IMG/VR virus record: IMGVR_UViG_3300021473_000001
Length of the DNA: 58,715 nucleotides
DNA from: an uncultured virus (IMG/VR IMGVR_UViG_3300021473_000001)
Lineage: Duplodnaviria; Heunggongvirae; Uroviricota; Caudoviricetes
Reading direction: 5' to 3' (one strand)
The notes beneath the pieces are model-generated. The model did not search any database. It saw only the letters and a program-made list of their open reading frames with translations, and was not told the origin of the DNA. Of the stretch, positions 49,115 to 58,715 are shown piece by piece. The position numbers and the translations under genes were made by a program. Within the stretch, counting starts at the first letter, position 1; each line of letters opens with the position of its first letter.

Positions 49115-50116
49115 TCATAATATTCCTTTGTTTTTTAAACATTGTTCAATGACATTCATACCATGAGCTTTTGCCAGGTCACTCCAATCCTTAATTCCCT
49201 CTTTTAGGTATTCCCTAGGAACATTGCAATAATCAAACCCAAAGAGTTTAGTAATCTGTTGAGAATTTGTTACTCCTGTAACATCTGAATCAAATGATAA
49301 AATCTGTTGCATAGAATTTGCTTTCATGAATTCTACATTCTCTACAGAAAAACAAGCAACTCCTTCATTTTGAACAGCACAACTACAAGGAAAGATCTTC
49401 TTCATCACCATGTGATCTTTCTTAGATTTGTTGATAAATAAGGCTCCACAGTTTAAAATGTCCTCTACACCATCTAATGCTGTAATAGGAACATTATTTG
49501 GTACCCATTTATGTCTTTTATCAACAAAAGGTCTGTAAATCTTCCAATGTCCATCATAAAGATAACCAAATCTAAGATCTGTATCTTTTAATACAAACCT
49601 ACTTTTATTAAGAAAGAGTTCTTTGATGGAATATACATTATTGGCCCTAAGATCATCAAGACTTTGATGATATTGGTTCCAGTAGTCCAGTTCTTCATGT
49701 GTGAATTTTCTTGTAATGGCTTGTATCAGAGCATATCGTTTGCCTAATTCCTCAGGCTGTTTATACTCTCCAACAATTTTCTTATATTCACCAGAAGATT
49801 TAGAACTAATCCCCAGACCAAAATCAGAGTCTATCTTCTTTAACACATCATTCATTGAAAGCATATGATGCAGGAGCTTTACGAATGTAAAGCAATCACC
49901 ACGTAGATTGGTATCAGTAAAATCTATAAAATGCAATGTGCCTGTTCTACTGCTAATAAGAAATGATGGGTGATTTTCCTTTCGAAATGGTGAGAGTGTT
50001 GCATCATTAACTTTCCAATATGTATCAGGCATGTAATATCTGAAGATATCATAAGGACTTATAAGACTTAAAATAGCATCAGGTGTAAGAATAGTCTTCT
50101 TTACTCCACTAATCAT
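49115..50116 (-). CDS. DNA primase (crAss-type, Toprim)
   Basis: SPFRKENHPSF, GDCF, KSKKD, QNE, FDSDVTG, KDWSD; likely start MISGVKK. Confidence 0.8.
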   Translation of the reverse strand: MISGVKKTILTPDAILSLISPYDIFRYYMPDTYWKVNDATLSPFRKENHPSFLISSRTGTLHFIDFTDTNLRGDCFTFVKLLHHMLSMNDVLKKIDSDFGLGISSKSSGEYKKIVGEYKQPEELGKRYALIQAITRKFTHEELDYWNQYHQSLDDLRANNVYSIKELFLNKSRFVLKDTDLRFGYLYDGHWKIYRPFVDKRHKWVPNNVPITALDGVEDILNCGALFINKSKKDHMVMKKIFPCSCAVQNEGVACFSVENVEFMKANSMQQILSFDSDVTGVTNSQQITKLFGFDYCNVPREYLKEGIKDWSDLAKAHGMNVIEQCLKNKGIL

Positions 50117-50130
50117 AATAAGAAAATAAA

Positions 50131-50156
50131 GCCCCAACAGATTTCTCCATTGGGGC
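50131..50156 (-). terminator. Intrinsic terminator after the SSB-like gene
   Basis: GCCCCAA...TTGGGGC followed by TTTATTTTCT on the - strand. Confidence 0.65.
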
Positions 50157-50176
50157 CAATTTAACAATCAAAACAA

Positions 50177-51067
50177 TTAATAATCTGCACCATCACTTGA
50201 AATAGCCTTATCAGAAGCTACCAGATTATCGTCTGTATTATAATCTTGAATTTCTCTTAATCTGAAGAAATCTCGGCAACCATATTCTCCTGTAACCTGT
50301 AGAACAAATTTTTCATGAGGTTTAAGATCACGAGTCTTCTTTGTTTTAAGATTATTTAGTACAGTAGAATTCATATAATCGATAAGTCTAAAATGTTTCA
50401 GACTATATGGAGGTAGGAAAGCTTTGTTATAAATTCCTTGGAATTCTTTTGATTCACCATCTTTCTCCTTCACTCTTACAGTGGCCAATGCTACAATGTT
50501 AGTAGACCATTCACCATCAATTTGGTCTTTGATGTCCTTAACATTACCCTTTAAGATCTTCTTCCATTCAATTTGTAGAACAGTTTCTGCTACACGATAA
50601 TCAAGATTACTCAACCAAATACGTAAGAAATTATACAATTCCTCTTCACCATTGTATGCTACACGATATTCACGAGCTGGAGACTTATCAGTTCCTTCTT
50701 TAAACCATTCAGGAAGATTGTTTTCATCAGTAGCCCAGGCACATGTACCAACAGTATTAATATACTGTGTTTTTGTACCATCTTTGTTATCACGTTCCTT
50801 ATCTTCCAAGAAGAATGTAGTTACAAACTTATGACCTGTTTTAATCTCTTCCAGCCACACATCTACACGTAGATAAGCATTACCATCTGTATTTGTTCCC
50901 AAATACTCTGTGGCCTTGCTATCTTCTTTTAGTTCCATTCCCAGTACTTCTTTGTACTCTTCTACATCAGGATTTACAGCTACTACTTTCGCTTCAAATA
51001 ATCCTACACGCTTTACGAACTCAGGTAATGCAGTTCTTTCTCTTTTTACTCCTCCAATACTTCCCAT
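50177..51067 (-). CDS. Putative ssDNA-binding protein
   Basis: Position between AAA ATPase and primase; beta-rich; acidic tail ending in an aromatic residue. Confidence 0.5.
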   Translation of the reverse strand: MGSIGGVKRERTALPEFVKRVGLFEAKVVAVNPDVEEYKEVLGMELKEDSKATEYLGTNTDGNAYLRVDVWLEEIKTGHKFVTTFFLEDKERDNKDGTKTQYINTVGTCAWATDENNLPEWFKEGTDKSPAREYRVAYNGEEELYNFLRIWLSNLDYRVAETVLQIEWKKILKGNVKDIKDQIDGEWSTNIVALATVRVKEKDGESKEFQGIYNKAFLPPYSLKHFRLIDYMNSTVLNNLKTKKTRDLKPHEKFVLQVTGEYGCRDFFRLREIQDYNTDDNLVASDKAISSDGADY

Positions 51068-51078
51068 ACTTTTTAAAT

Positions 51079-51351
51079 TTACTCGTTTACATTAAATACT
51101 TTATTCCACTTTATTACTGACTCATTTGGATCAGCTACATACATATTCAATTCGTTCATAGCTATTTCAACACTATTAAAAGCAATAGTCTTACAACCTA
51201 CTCTTATCAAACATCCTACACTAAAGAATTGAATATTAATCTCATGATTCCTAAGCATATCCATTCTAGCTCTTGGTTTTTCTTCACATTCAGTAGGACG
51301 ACATTCATCTATGTCTCTAATAGGTGCTTGTTCTAATTCTTGATTTGGCAT
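51079..51351 (-). CDS. Hypothetical protein
   Basis: GC.IRVGCK.IAF motif. Confidence 0.6.
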   Translation of the reverse strand: MPNQELEQAPIRDIDECRPTECEEKPRARMDMLRNHEINIQFFSVGCLIRVGCKTIAFNSVEIAMNELNMYVADPNESVIKWNKVFNVNE

Positions 51352-51368
51352 AACTCTAACTTTTTTAA

Positions 51369-52040
51369 TTATTTATAATACTCATTTACTTTATCTACAA
51401 CAATCTGAAGATTATTAGGAATCTTCACTTCATCAAACATACCATGAGGACTCTTCGCAGGAAATTTCTTATATCTATTGGTTAGAAAGTAGTAATCTAC
51501 TGATCCATCTTTCTTCTCCTCAACATTAGTATACAAACACACTGTTAACAATCCTTCCAACAAGACCTGGTTATCAATGAGTTTCCCTGCAGTCTTAATC
51601 TTATATCCAACAATGCTTCCATCATCTTCAATAGTTTCAAGGTGAGTTAAATAAAACACAATCATGTCTTCACGTAGTTTGCGAGCTTCTTTGAACAGAT
51701 TAACCATATCCTGGGCCATAAGGCTAAACTTTGTAAATCCTGTCTCTGTGGCCTTATTAACCATGTTAAACCCCATAATATAGTTGCTGTCTTCAATTAC
51801 CACTATTTTGATTTGAGGAGCCTTATCTGATAAGGTTCTTAATCTTCTGGTAATTTCATTAGCATCGTCAATTTCTGCATAATTCTTGTTGTCTGCATTG
51901 TAGATTTTTTCTGATCCTTTGAAAGGAAGTTCCTTTTTAGCTACATTGATGATGTAGGTTTCACTTGGATCTAAAAATTTAATCGCTGTACTCTTGCCAG
52001 TTCCAGTAGGTCCAACGATACCTATCAGTTTTGAACTCAT
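51369..52040 (-). CDS. AAA_24/Sak4-like ATPase
   Basis: GPTGTGKST, VVIED, KT.GKL.D, AKSP.GMF. Confidence 0.8.
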   Translation of the reverse strand: MSSKLIGIVGPTGTGKSTAIKFLDPSETYIINVAKKELPFKGSEKIYNADNKNYAEIDDANEITRRLRTLSDKAPQIKIVVIEDSNYIMGFNMVNKATETGFTKFSLMAQDMVNLFKEARKLREDMIVFYLTHLETIEDDGSIVGYKIKTAGKLIDNQVLLEGLLTVCLYTNVEEKKDGSVDYYFLTNRYKKFPAKSPHGMFDEVKIPNNLQIVVDKVNEYYK

Positions 52041-52101
52041 TGTTCTTTTAGTTTAAAATTATTAATGAATAAATATACTAATTAAATTGATTATTTCCTA
52101 A

Positions 52102-52323
52102 TTAAATCTCCTCAGATTGCATGATCTCTTTACTCTCTTTAGCCTTGAGAATCAAATACTTAATATCTTCAAAAATCACACAAACTTTGTTATAACTATC
52201 TCTGTATGGATTAGTTATTTTTCCTCCATACACTGTACTATCGTTTACTCGTTCTCCATCTTGTTCTACATAGTAAAATATATCACCATCTAGTTTTGTC
52301 TGTTTTATTATTTCAAGTTTCAT
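52102..52323 (-). CDS. Hypothetical protein
   Basis: Coupled ORF. Confidence 0.55.
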   Translation of the reverse strand: MKLEIIKQTKLDGDIFYYVEQDGERVNDSTVYGGKITNPYRDSYNKVCVIFEDIKYLILKAKESKEIMQSEEI

Positions 52324-53405
52324 ACATATTTGATTTTAGATTTGTCAAAAAATGATAATGCCTTGCTGAGCCATTTCTTCTCAACCTCTTCTGTTGTACA
52401 AATGATCCATATCTTTGCTTTCTTGTCTGGATTATCATATTCCATACTCATGCATCGATTGATCTTTTGGGCCAGGTTCTCAGCATTAGAATCAAAATAG
52501 TTAATAATGACCCTGTTTAATGGTTTATAAGTTATACCCGTGTTGCCTATCTTCACAACAGCTAAATGATTTATTTCATCTCTACCACTAACAAAAGCAT
52601 TAAACAACTCTTTATCTCCTGATTTGCTATGATGAGAAGGTATTCCCAGATTATCAGAAACAGCAATTGTACCACAGAACACTAATATTCGTTCCTGTTG
52701 AGCATTATGTAATAATTCTACAGTCTTATTTAACTTAGCTAATGAACTCTGGATGATTCTCATTCTTGCAAGACGAGGAAACATTGTATTACGATCTTCA
52801 TTTTCCATTTTATTGATTATCCATCCCAGCTCATCAAACTTTTGTTTTTCAGTTTTGTATTTACCTGAATAGTTCAACTTTACTTTATTATCTAAAGGAA
52901 CACGTACAACTGTAATTTCATAATCAGTAATTACACCTTCTTCAATAGCCTGAGCAATTGAGTATACTCCTACAACACGAAGATTTAGTTCTGTGTACAG
53001 ATCTTTTTCTGTCCATGTAGTCATTGTACCAGTGAGTCCTAATATATGTACATATGGAGCTATTTCCTTACACACTTCAATTTGTGCAGGGCTCAATAAA
53101 TGTATCTCATCCAGGACTATTAGATCATAAGATTCAGACATGTGCTTTTTCAAAGATAGATGAGTAGTATATGTAATGTTATTTGTACAATACCCACGCT
53201 TTTCAAAATCATTCTCCCATGAAGTTTTAATCTTCTTGTCTGGATATGCAATTAATACTTTTGCAGCTGGCATTTGTTCCAAGATATTAATGGTAGTGTA
53301 TATTTTACCAAATCTTGGACACAGATGTAATATAGATCGTCTATTTCCACGTAACCATACTTCTGCAAATTCTTGCTGTCTCTGATCTCTAAGACTCATA
53401 ATCAA
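52320..53405 (-). CDS. Superfamily 2 helicase-like protein
   Basis: CPRFGK, LDEIH, LGLTGT, QKINR. Confidence 0.75.
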   Translation of the reverse strand: MIMSLRDQRQQEFAEVWLRGNRRSILHLCPRFGKIYTTINILEQMPAAKVLIAYPDKKIKTSWENDFEKRGYCTNNITYTTHLSLKKHMSESYDLIVLDEIHLLSPAQIEVCKEIAPYVHILGLTGTMTTWTEKDLYTELNLRVVGVYSIAQAIEEGVITDYEITVVRVPLDNKVKLNYSGKYKTEKQKFDELGWIINKMENEDRNTMFPRLARMRIIQSSLAKLNKTVELLHNAQQERILVFCGTIAVSDNLGIPSHHSKSGDKELFNAFVSGRDEINHLAVVKIGNTGITYKPLNRVIINYFDSNAENLAQKINRCMSMEYDNPDKKAKIWIICTTEEVEKKWLSKALSFFDKSKIKYV

Positions 53406-53575
53406 CGTATATTGCTATTGTCCAGAATAACCAACCTATTCCCATAGCAAGACCTTCTTGAGGATTTCTCGCTATGTCAATATTAGGAATGAGACTAAGT
53501 TCCCAGTATCCTCCACTCTTTTTGGTGGGGAACATACTAATAAATTGTATTTCCATATCTGTTAATTTTTAAAAT

Positions 53576-53833
53576 TTACATTTCCATTTCTTGTTCTTCA
53601 TCTCTTAAATTATCATTATCCAGTTTTCTAAATGCATAGAATTCTTCATTATCTAAAGCATATTCAAGTCCCTCTTCACTTAGATCATAGGTGTCAATAC
53701 CGATGTATGTCTCCTGATCCATATATCCCGACTCTATAAAATCAGAGTCAGGAATCATATGAATACTAAATCCGGAAGGGAATACTATACTGCAACCTTG
53801 TCGCAATAGTGTCAATAATTTAGGGTTTCTCAT
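53576..53833 (-). CDS. Hypothetical acidic protein
   Basis: ORF in the operon; start uncertain. Confidence 0.5.
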   Translation of the reverse strand: MRNPKLLTLLRQGCSIVFPSGFSIHMIPDSDFIESGYMDQETYIGIDTYDLSEEGLEYALDNEEFYAFRKLDNDNLRDEEQEMEM

Positions 53834-53997
53834 GGTTTTATCCTTCAAACATTATCTTATCATCAAATAACCTTATAAGCTTCCATCGCATATCATTATC
53901 TCTGCACCAGTTGATGCACGCATGATAATCAGGATCAAGGGTGCTATTAAAAGTATCAACATACTTTTCTTTTCCATCAGGAAAGATCTCATAGAAC

Positions 53998-54219
53998 TTA
54001 TACATCTGTATCTCCATTTTCAAACATGTTATCAATTCTTAAGCTTGTAAGAGATCTTTCAATATAATCAACTTCCTCAGCTTGTCTAAAATCTTCCATT
54101 TCTGGAAACTTATCTTCTCGCTCAAGATTATCCCAATCCACTAATATGTATTCTATAGGACCATCAGCAATCACATTAGTAACTATTCCTCCTTTTATTT
54201 CAATTATTATTTTTGTCAT
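53998..54219 (-). CDS. Hypothetical protein
   Basis: IEIKGG.V..V...VDWDN motif. Confidence 0.55.
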   Translation of the reverse strand: MTKIIIEIKGGIVTNVIADGPIEYILVDWDNLEREDKFPEMEDFRQAEEVDYIERSLTSLRIDNMFENGDTDV

Positions 54220-54971
54220 TATTTATAATTTTTAAATTTTTCTACTTTTTGTAAAATAAAATTTCTAAATTCATCAGATAAATTTTCGTAATCTTCTTTA
54301 TACATCCAAATAAAACCATTGTGAGAATGTCGTTTTCTTTGACAAACTGGAGTTATTTTAGAATCACTAGAATTTGTAGACGTTGCTGCTTCTCTTATAG
54401 TATAAAATTCTTTAATAAAATTTAGATGTTTATCTAATTGTATAATTCTTCTACCATGACTTTTTATCATATTATCAGTTGCTTTTTGAGAAGGTTTAAA
54501 TCCAATCATTCTTTTTCTACAAGATTCTATATGAGAAGGAGGCATTTTTCTTCCTTTTCCTGCTTCTGATATCTTCTTTTTAGTTTCATCAGAATGAGTT
54601 TTTCCATAAAAAGGATTTTCAACACCTCTAAACTTTGTTCTTCTTATTTCATTCTCTTCAGGAGTTTCATATCTATATCCTCCTTCTCCTCCCATAGTAT
54701 GATTTGTTAAATTAAATCCCCATTGGTTAAACTGATTAATCCAATAAGATTCTATTTCACATGCTAATTCACAAGAGCATTCTTCAATTTCCTCAATTAT
54801 AGGAATTAAATCTTGTTTTATTAAAGATTTCAACCAGTTAGTAGTTCGTCTTCTACTTCGTTTGCATTCATAAATATGTTCATTTAATCGTTGTTTTAAA
54901 GGATTGCATGTTTTTCCTATATATCTAATCTCATTAGTTATAGGATGGGCTAAAGAATAAATATATGCCAT
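54219..54971 (-). mobile_element. Free-standing GIY-YIG homing endonuclease with NUMOD3 and NUMOD1-like domains
   Basis: YIYSL...YIGKT, RL.EH, NPFYGKTHSDETKKKIS, C-terminal GFIWMY; likely start MAYIY. Confidence 0.88.
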
Positions 54972-55029
54972 ATTGTTTTTATAACAAATATAGGACAATT
55001 TAAGGAATTACACAAACAAATAACATAAA

Positions 55030-55347
55030 TTAAAGATCAGTTAAGAAATATTCTTTAGATAGAACTGATCGTACTAATTGTTCATATTCATGGTCTGTTA
55101 ATTCTTTACGTTTTTTGAGTTCCATAAACTGACCACAGAAGCCATTAAATGCTAATGGAATACGTACAGAATCCATACCATAAGAACTTTTAAGAATCTG
55201 AGCACTTCTAAAATAATTAGCACCTGTAGTCATATCTACAAAGTCTGCAGGCTTATATCCTGTTTTAGAAGACTGACCATGTTTAAGTGGATCAAACAAA
55301 GAAATTGCAAGATCACAAGCATCTACGATGTCTCCACTCTCTTTTAC
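55030..55347 (-). CDS. dnaB: DnaB-like replicative helicase, exon 2
   Basis: VKESGDIVDACD...ILKSSYG; in frame after splicing. Confidence 0.85.
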   Translation of the reverse strand, partial: VKESGDIVDACDLAISLFDPLKHGQSSKTGYKPADFVDMTTGANYFRSAQILKSSYGMDSVRIPLAFNGFCGQFMELKKRKELTDHEYEQLVRSVLSKEYFLTDL

Positions 55348-55716
55348 CGTTTGTTATCATAAGAGTTCTTTATCTCCTATTTCTGCAATTTTACTCATAG
55401 TTGCAGTCCAGACTATATCTTCATATTATTTATCAAAATAATATGTTCCGCTTTCTTGGAAGAGTTATAGCATCAGCATTACCTGTTAAGCATCACTTCT
55501 AGTCGTTAGGCATTTACAATATTTTCATATTGATTTAGCACGGGATTGTCTATCTCAATTATAGGTTTTCCCCGTTTAACGGAATTTAAAGACAACATTT
55601 GTTTTATACATCATACATTCAATTTTCTCAACTTCAGGTTTAATTAATTCTTTAAATTTAATTACATCTTTCTGTTATATAATAAATGTTTGACATATAG
55701 AAACTATTTTTAGTTT
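55348..55716 (-). ncRNA. Group I intron in dnaB (369 nt, no intact endonuclease)
   Basis: P1 AGACGAU/GUUGUCU; core AAACGGGGAA, AATCCCGTG, AACGACTA, AAGATATAGTC; terminal G. Confidence 0.92.
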
Positions 55717-56499
55717 ATCGTCTAAGACCAATTCAGCTTCTCTATCCTTATCCCTGGTTGCAGCTGATATGGCTCTATTTACCTGAGACACCCATATAGG
55801 AGCAGCAAATTCAAGATCACGAAAACCTTGAGCATAGGTTACTAATTTATCAATAGCTTGCTTCTTGTTTGGAAGTTCTTTGGTAGTCTTAGTGAGATTA
55901 CCATGATCAAATGCTGGAACAACAACAATCCTGTCGTTTTTAGCAATATAGATACGCTGTTTATGACCTTTTATCAAGACCTCTTCATAATCTCCATTTG
56001 CTTCAAAATGATCTTTCATAATCTTATACACTTCATTAGGAGTTTTAGCTCCATCATGAATAGTTATATAATCATTCAAGATTTGATCTATATAAGGTTT
56101 TTGTTTCAAGATCAGTGCATGCTCAGCTGGTGTTATCTTTTCATCCCACCAACCAAGCATCTTAGGAAGCTGTATTTCTATTCCTTCATTTACAAATATC
56201 AAAAAGCATATCCATTTGGCAATTCTAATTGATGAATTCCTTTCGAATGAGAATAGTTGAAAGTCTGGCCTCATCTCTTCAGGATGTTTCATATGATGAT
56301 TACATGCATTTAGGATAATTGTATCAAGAAAACTGCTCTTACCACATCCAGTATTAGAAAATATCAATGTTAATATCTTCTTTCTAAGATTTGCATATCT
56401 TCCTAATTTAGCAAGACCAATAGGAATAAAGTTATTCTTTCCAACAGACATTCCCTCAAGAATATCATCATTTAGTTTATCAAAGATTGACTCCATCAA
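55717..56499 (-). CDS. dnaB: DnaB-like replicative helicase, exon 1
   Basis: SNTGCGKSS, FSFE, FDH, VSQVNR, LDD| junction. Confidence 0.85.
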
Positions 56500-57097
56500 A
56501 TGTTGGTATTATATTATTACCTTGTTGTATAAGTTCTATAAAGGGCTCATAATCTCGCTGTGATAAATATGTTGACGAATTATGAAGATACGTAAGTTTA
56601 TTGACATTTGTCTTTACAGATTCCTCTTTTATTTTAAGAATATGCAATTTTAATGCCCCTATTAACTCTTCAGATGTATATTCATTTTCCAACAAGACCT
56701 TATTAAACTTAATTCTACAATCATCTTTATTAATTCTAAGACTTCTATCTCCTGTAAAACTATGTCCATGATGTGTAAAATTATTTGTCCCAGGAAAATT
56801 AGACCAAAATTCTTCAAACTTAGAATCATCAACTTTCTTTTTCTCAATCTTCTTAGGTTCTTTAGAATCTATAAAGACCAGTAGTTCTACTCCCAATGTA
56901 GTGAGTTTGTCTTCTGTCTCTGTGATCAACCCTTTTCTCTTTAAAGATTGATACAGAGCAGCAATCTTAGCACTCTCTTTTACAAGAATGCTAAGATCAA
57001 ACTGCTCATGTATCATCTTCAAAAGGAATATATGATCGAGAGAATAACTCTTAACTATCAGTTCACGAAAGTGAAATGCTGTTAGACTAAACTTCAT
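56480..57097 (-). CDS. Putative replication initiator or helicase-associated protein
   Basis: wHTH-like N-terminus, FEEFWSNFP, STYLSQR; immediately upstream of dnaB. Confidence 0.55.
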   Translation of the reverse strand: MKFSLTAFHFRELIVKSYSLDHIFLLKMIHEQFDLSILVKESAKIAALYQSLKRKGLITETEDKLTTLGVELLVFIDSKEPKKIEKKKVDDSKFEEFWSNFPGTNNFTHHGHSFTGDRSLRINKDDCRIKFNKVLLENEYTSEELIGALKLHILKIKEESVKTNVNKLTYLHNSSTYLSQRDYEPFIELIQQGNNIIPTFDGVNL

Positions 57098-57262
57098 TTA
57101 ATTTAGATATTGGAGTCATTACTACTATCTCTGCAGGAAGTCTCTGTTCAGCTTCCTGTTCATTCTCCCACATCTGAAATTCAACAAACATCTCTGCTTC
57201 TTTCTCAAGGAGCCATAGCTTATCAAGATTAATTGCTCTTTCAAAATCTTCTTCATAATATT

Positions 57263-57514
57263 TCATAACTGTGGATCTTTCTTTATTATCTGAGGTTTAA
57301 TAACAGCATTACCTATCTTCTTTCCACATCTCAAGCATGTACCAGTTGGTCCCAATAGATGACCCCATACAATAAAACAACCTAGTTTATATGCTCTTGA
57401 TCGTTGTGTAGTCACTCTCATATCTGTAACACTCATACTCTTCTCTACTTGTGTTCGTATTGCTATCTCTAATTTAGACAGAGCTTCTTGAACATCATCC
57501 TCTTGATCACTCAT
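57263..57514 (-). CDS. Hypothetical protein with a Cys/His cluster
   Basis: C...GH...CLRCG. Confidence 0.5.
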   Translation of the reverse strand: MSDQEDDVQEALSKLEIAIRTQVEKSMSVTDMRVTTQRSRAYKLGCFIVWGHLLGPTGTCLRCGKKIGNAVIKPQIIKKDPQL

Positions 57515-57701
57515 TTGTTATTTCTTTAAAGATTACATATTCTAATAGTCTTAAATTAAAACAATCATCAATTGGTCTATTTGGAGCCATACAGTATTCT
57601 CTCTCACGATCATCATATATATATCCTTTACAGAATCCATCTGATTTCACTGCTTCGAAGGTCTTACCCTCTACATCAAATCTCTCTCCTGGTTGTATCA
57701 T
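57507..57701 (-). CDS. Hypothetical Cys-containing protein
   Basis: Coupled ORF. Confidence 0.5.
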   Translation of the reverse strand: MIQPGERFDVEGKTFEAVKSDGFCKGYIYDDREREYCMAPNRPIDDCFNLRLLEYVIFKEITNE

Positions 57702-57718
57702 TGTATTAAATTTTTAAA

Positions 57719-58267
57719 TTAAGATGGTGCTAATCCAAAGAATACCCACTCACCAGGAGCTTCATTCTTTGATTGTTTGTAAGAAATCATTGCCACTGTA
57801 TGAGAACCACTTTCTAAATGTTTCTCCATTACTACACTGGTACGTCTTCCTGTCTTCTCTGTATGAGCTCTTGCACAACTTACAGCTAATCCTTTCTTAA
57901 AAAAAGATTTAATAGGTTGATCATATTCATAAACAGAATATTCCAAGATCCATTTAGCTGTGCCCTTGTTAATAATGTGTTCCACCTGAGATTTTATTTT
58001 ACTCTTGTTAATTACAGGTTCTTTTACACATATAGAATAGCAATTTCTTTTATGACATGACTCTAATTCTTTGTCAATATATTTGTTAATAGACAAGCCA
58101 CTCTTTTTGTAATCAGCAGTCTTATCTCCTGCCAGACTAGTACAGTTGATTGCACCACTATAGCCTTCTTGATGTCCATGTTCCTCCTGAGCATCATCAT
58201 ATGCTTGTTTAAAAGCATCACTTCTGTCTTTTCCTCTTTGCTTTAAAATAAATTCACTCGCTCCCAT
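57719..58267 (-). CDS. Hypothetical phage protein
   Basis: MGA..F, GH.EGYSG.I, WVFFGLA. Confidence 0.65.
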   Translation of the reverse strand: MGASEFILKQRGKDRSDAFKQAYDDAQEEHGHQEGYSGAINCTSLAGDKTADYKKSGLSINKYIDKELESCHKRNCYSICVKEPVINKSKIKSQVEHIINKGTAKWILEYSVYEYDQPIKSFFKKGLAVSCARAHTEKTGRRTSVVMEKHLESGSHTVAMISYKQSKNEAPGEWVFFGLAPS

Positions 58268-58478
58268 GTTGTTGGTTTTTTAATTTATATTCTTTTAAAC
58301 AATTGATTAAATATTCTAACTCTTTAATATCAGTAGTTATGTTTATATAAAACTGATCTGGAAATTCTCTTCCTCCAAGAACATTAGTTAGATGATCATT
58401 CTCTTTTCCTGCTTTAATAGACCACTGAGCATCAAAAAGTCTATTCTTCAACATTCTTAATACTGTTTGTTTTTTCAT
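58254..58478 (-). CDS. Hypothetical protein
   Basis: Coupled ORF. Confidence 0.5.
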   Translation of the reverse strand: MKKQTVLRMLKNRLFDAQWSIKAGKENDHLTNVLGGREFPDQFYINITTDIKELEYLINCLKEYKLKNQQHGSE

Positions 58479-58715
58479 TGTTATTTAAGATTTTGAGCAA
58501 AAACTTAAATAAGGGTATTCCTTATTTAATCTCGTGTATAAATGTTTCCAGTTCTTCAAGCAGTTCATTATCTCTCATTGCATCTCTGCTCAGAGGATCA
58601 CTTGTCTTCATCGAGTTAATCCATTGTTGAATTGACTCAACTAACATATATTCAACATTACGTGCCCTTGATTTAGCATAAGGCATAAAATTAAATATCT
58701 CTTCTGACAAGTATA

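Noticed and set aside
1..58715. Genome-wide stop-codon reassignment as in some crAss-like phages
   Set aside because: Long genes are intact in the standard code; TAG and TGA end genes normally; breaks in rIIB and dnaB are explained by introns; only one isolated internal TAG was found.
1..58715. tRNA, rRNA, integrase or cas genes
   Set aside because: None recognised by eye; a tRNAscan-SE/Infernal run would be needed to exclude small RNAs.

Overview
AT-rich fragment of a large Bacteroidota-infecting phage, most likely crAss-like. The + strand (1-33.7 kb) is a virion/late block: two giant crAss-type virion proteins, a Gly-Thr-Ser repeat fibre, a complete diversity-generating retroelement (target-VR, TR, RT, no recognisable avd), adhesin-like genes (FISUMP, LamG, LRR, PL9-like lyase), a lysis module and tiny basic proteins. 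The - strand (33.7-58.7 kb) is a replication/recombination block: RepL-like, MazG, RecA with an HNH intein, exonuclease, rIIA/rIIB, UDG, primase, SSB-like, AAA ATPase, SF2 helicase and DnaB. Two group I introns (in rIIB and dnaB) were resolved to the nucleotide by hand. The most unusual signals are (1) a set of glycosyl- and methyltransferases, including a TibC/Aah-like heptosyltransferase fusion and a GT95/96-like enzyme, encoded alongside many Ser/Thr-rich virion proteins, suggesting a phage protein O-glycosylation system; (2) a solitary type I-C CRISPR repeat between holin and endolysin, a candidate RNA anti-CRISPR; (3) a circularly permuted FISUMP domain. All family assignments come from motif recognition by eye; no database searches were run.
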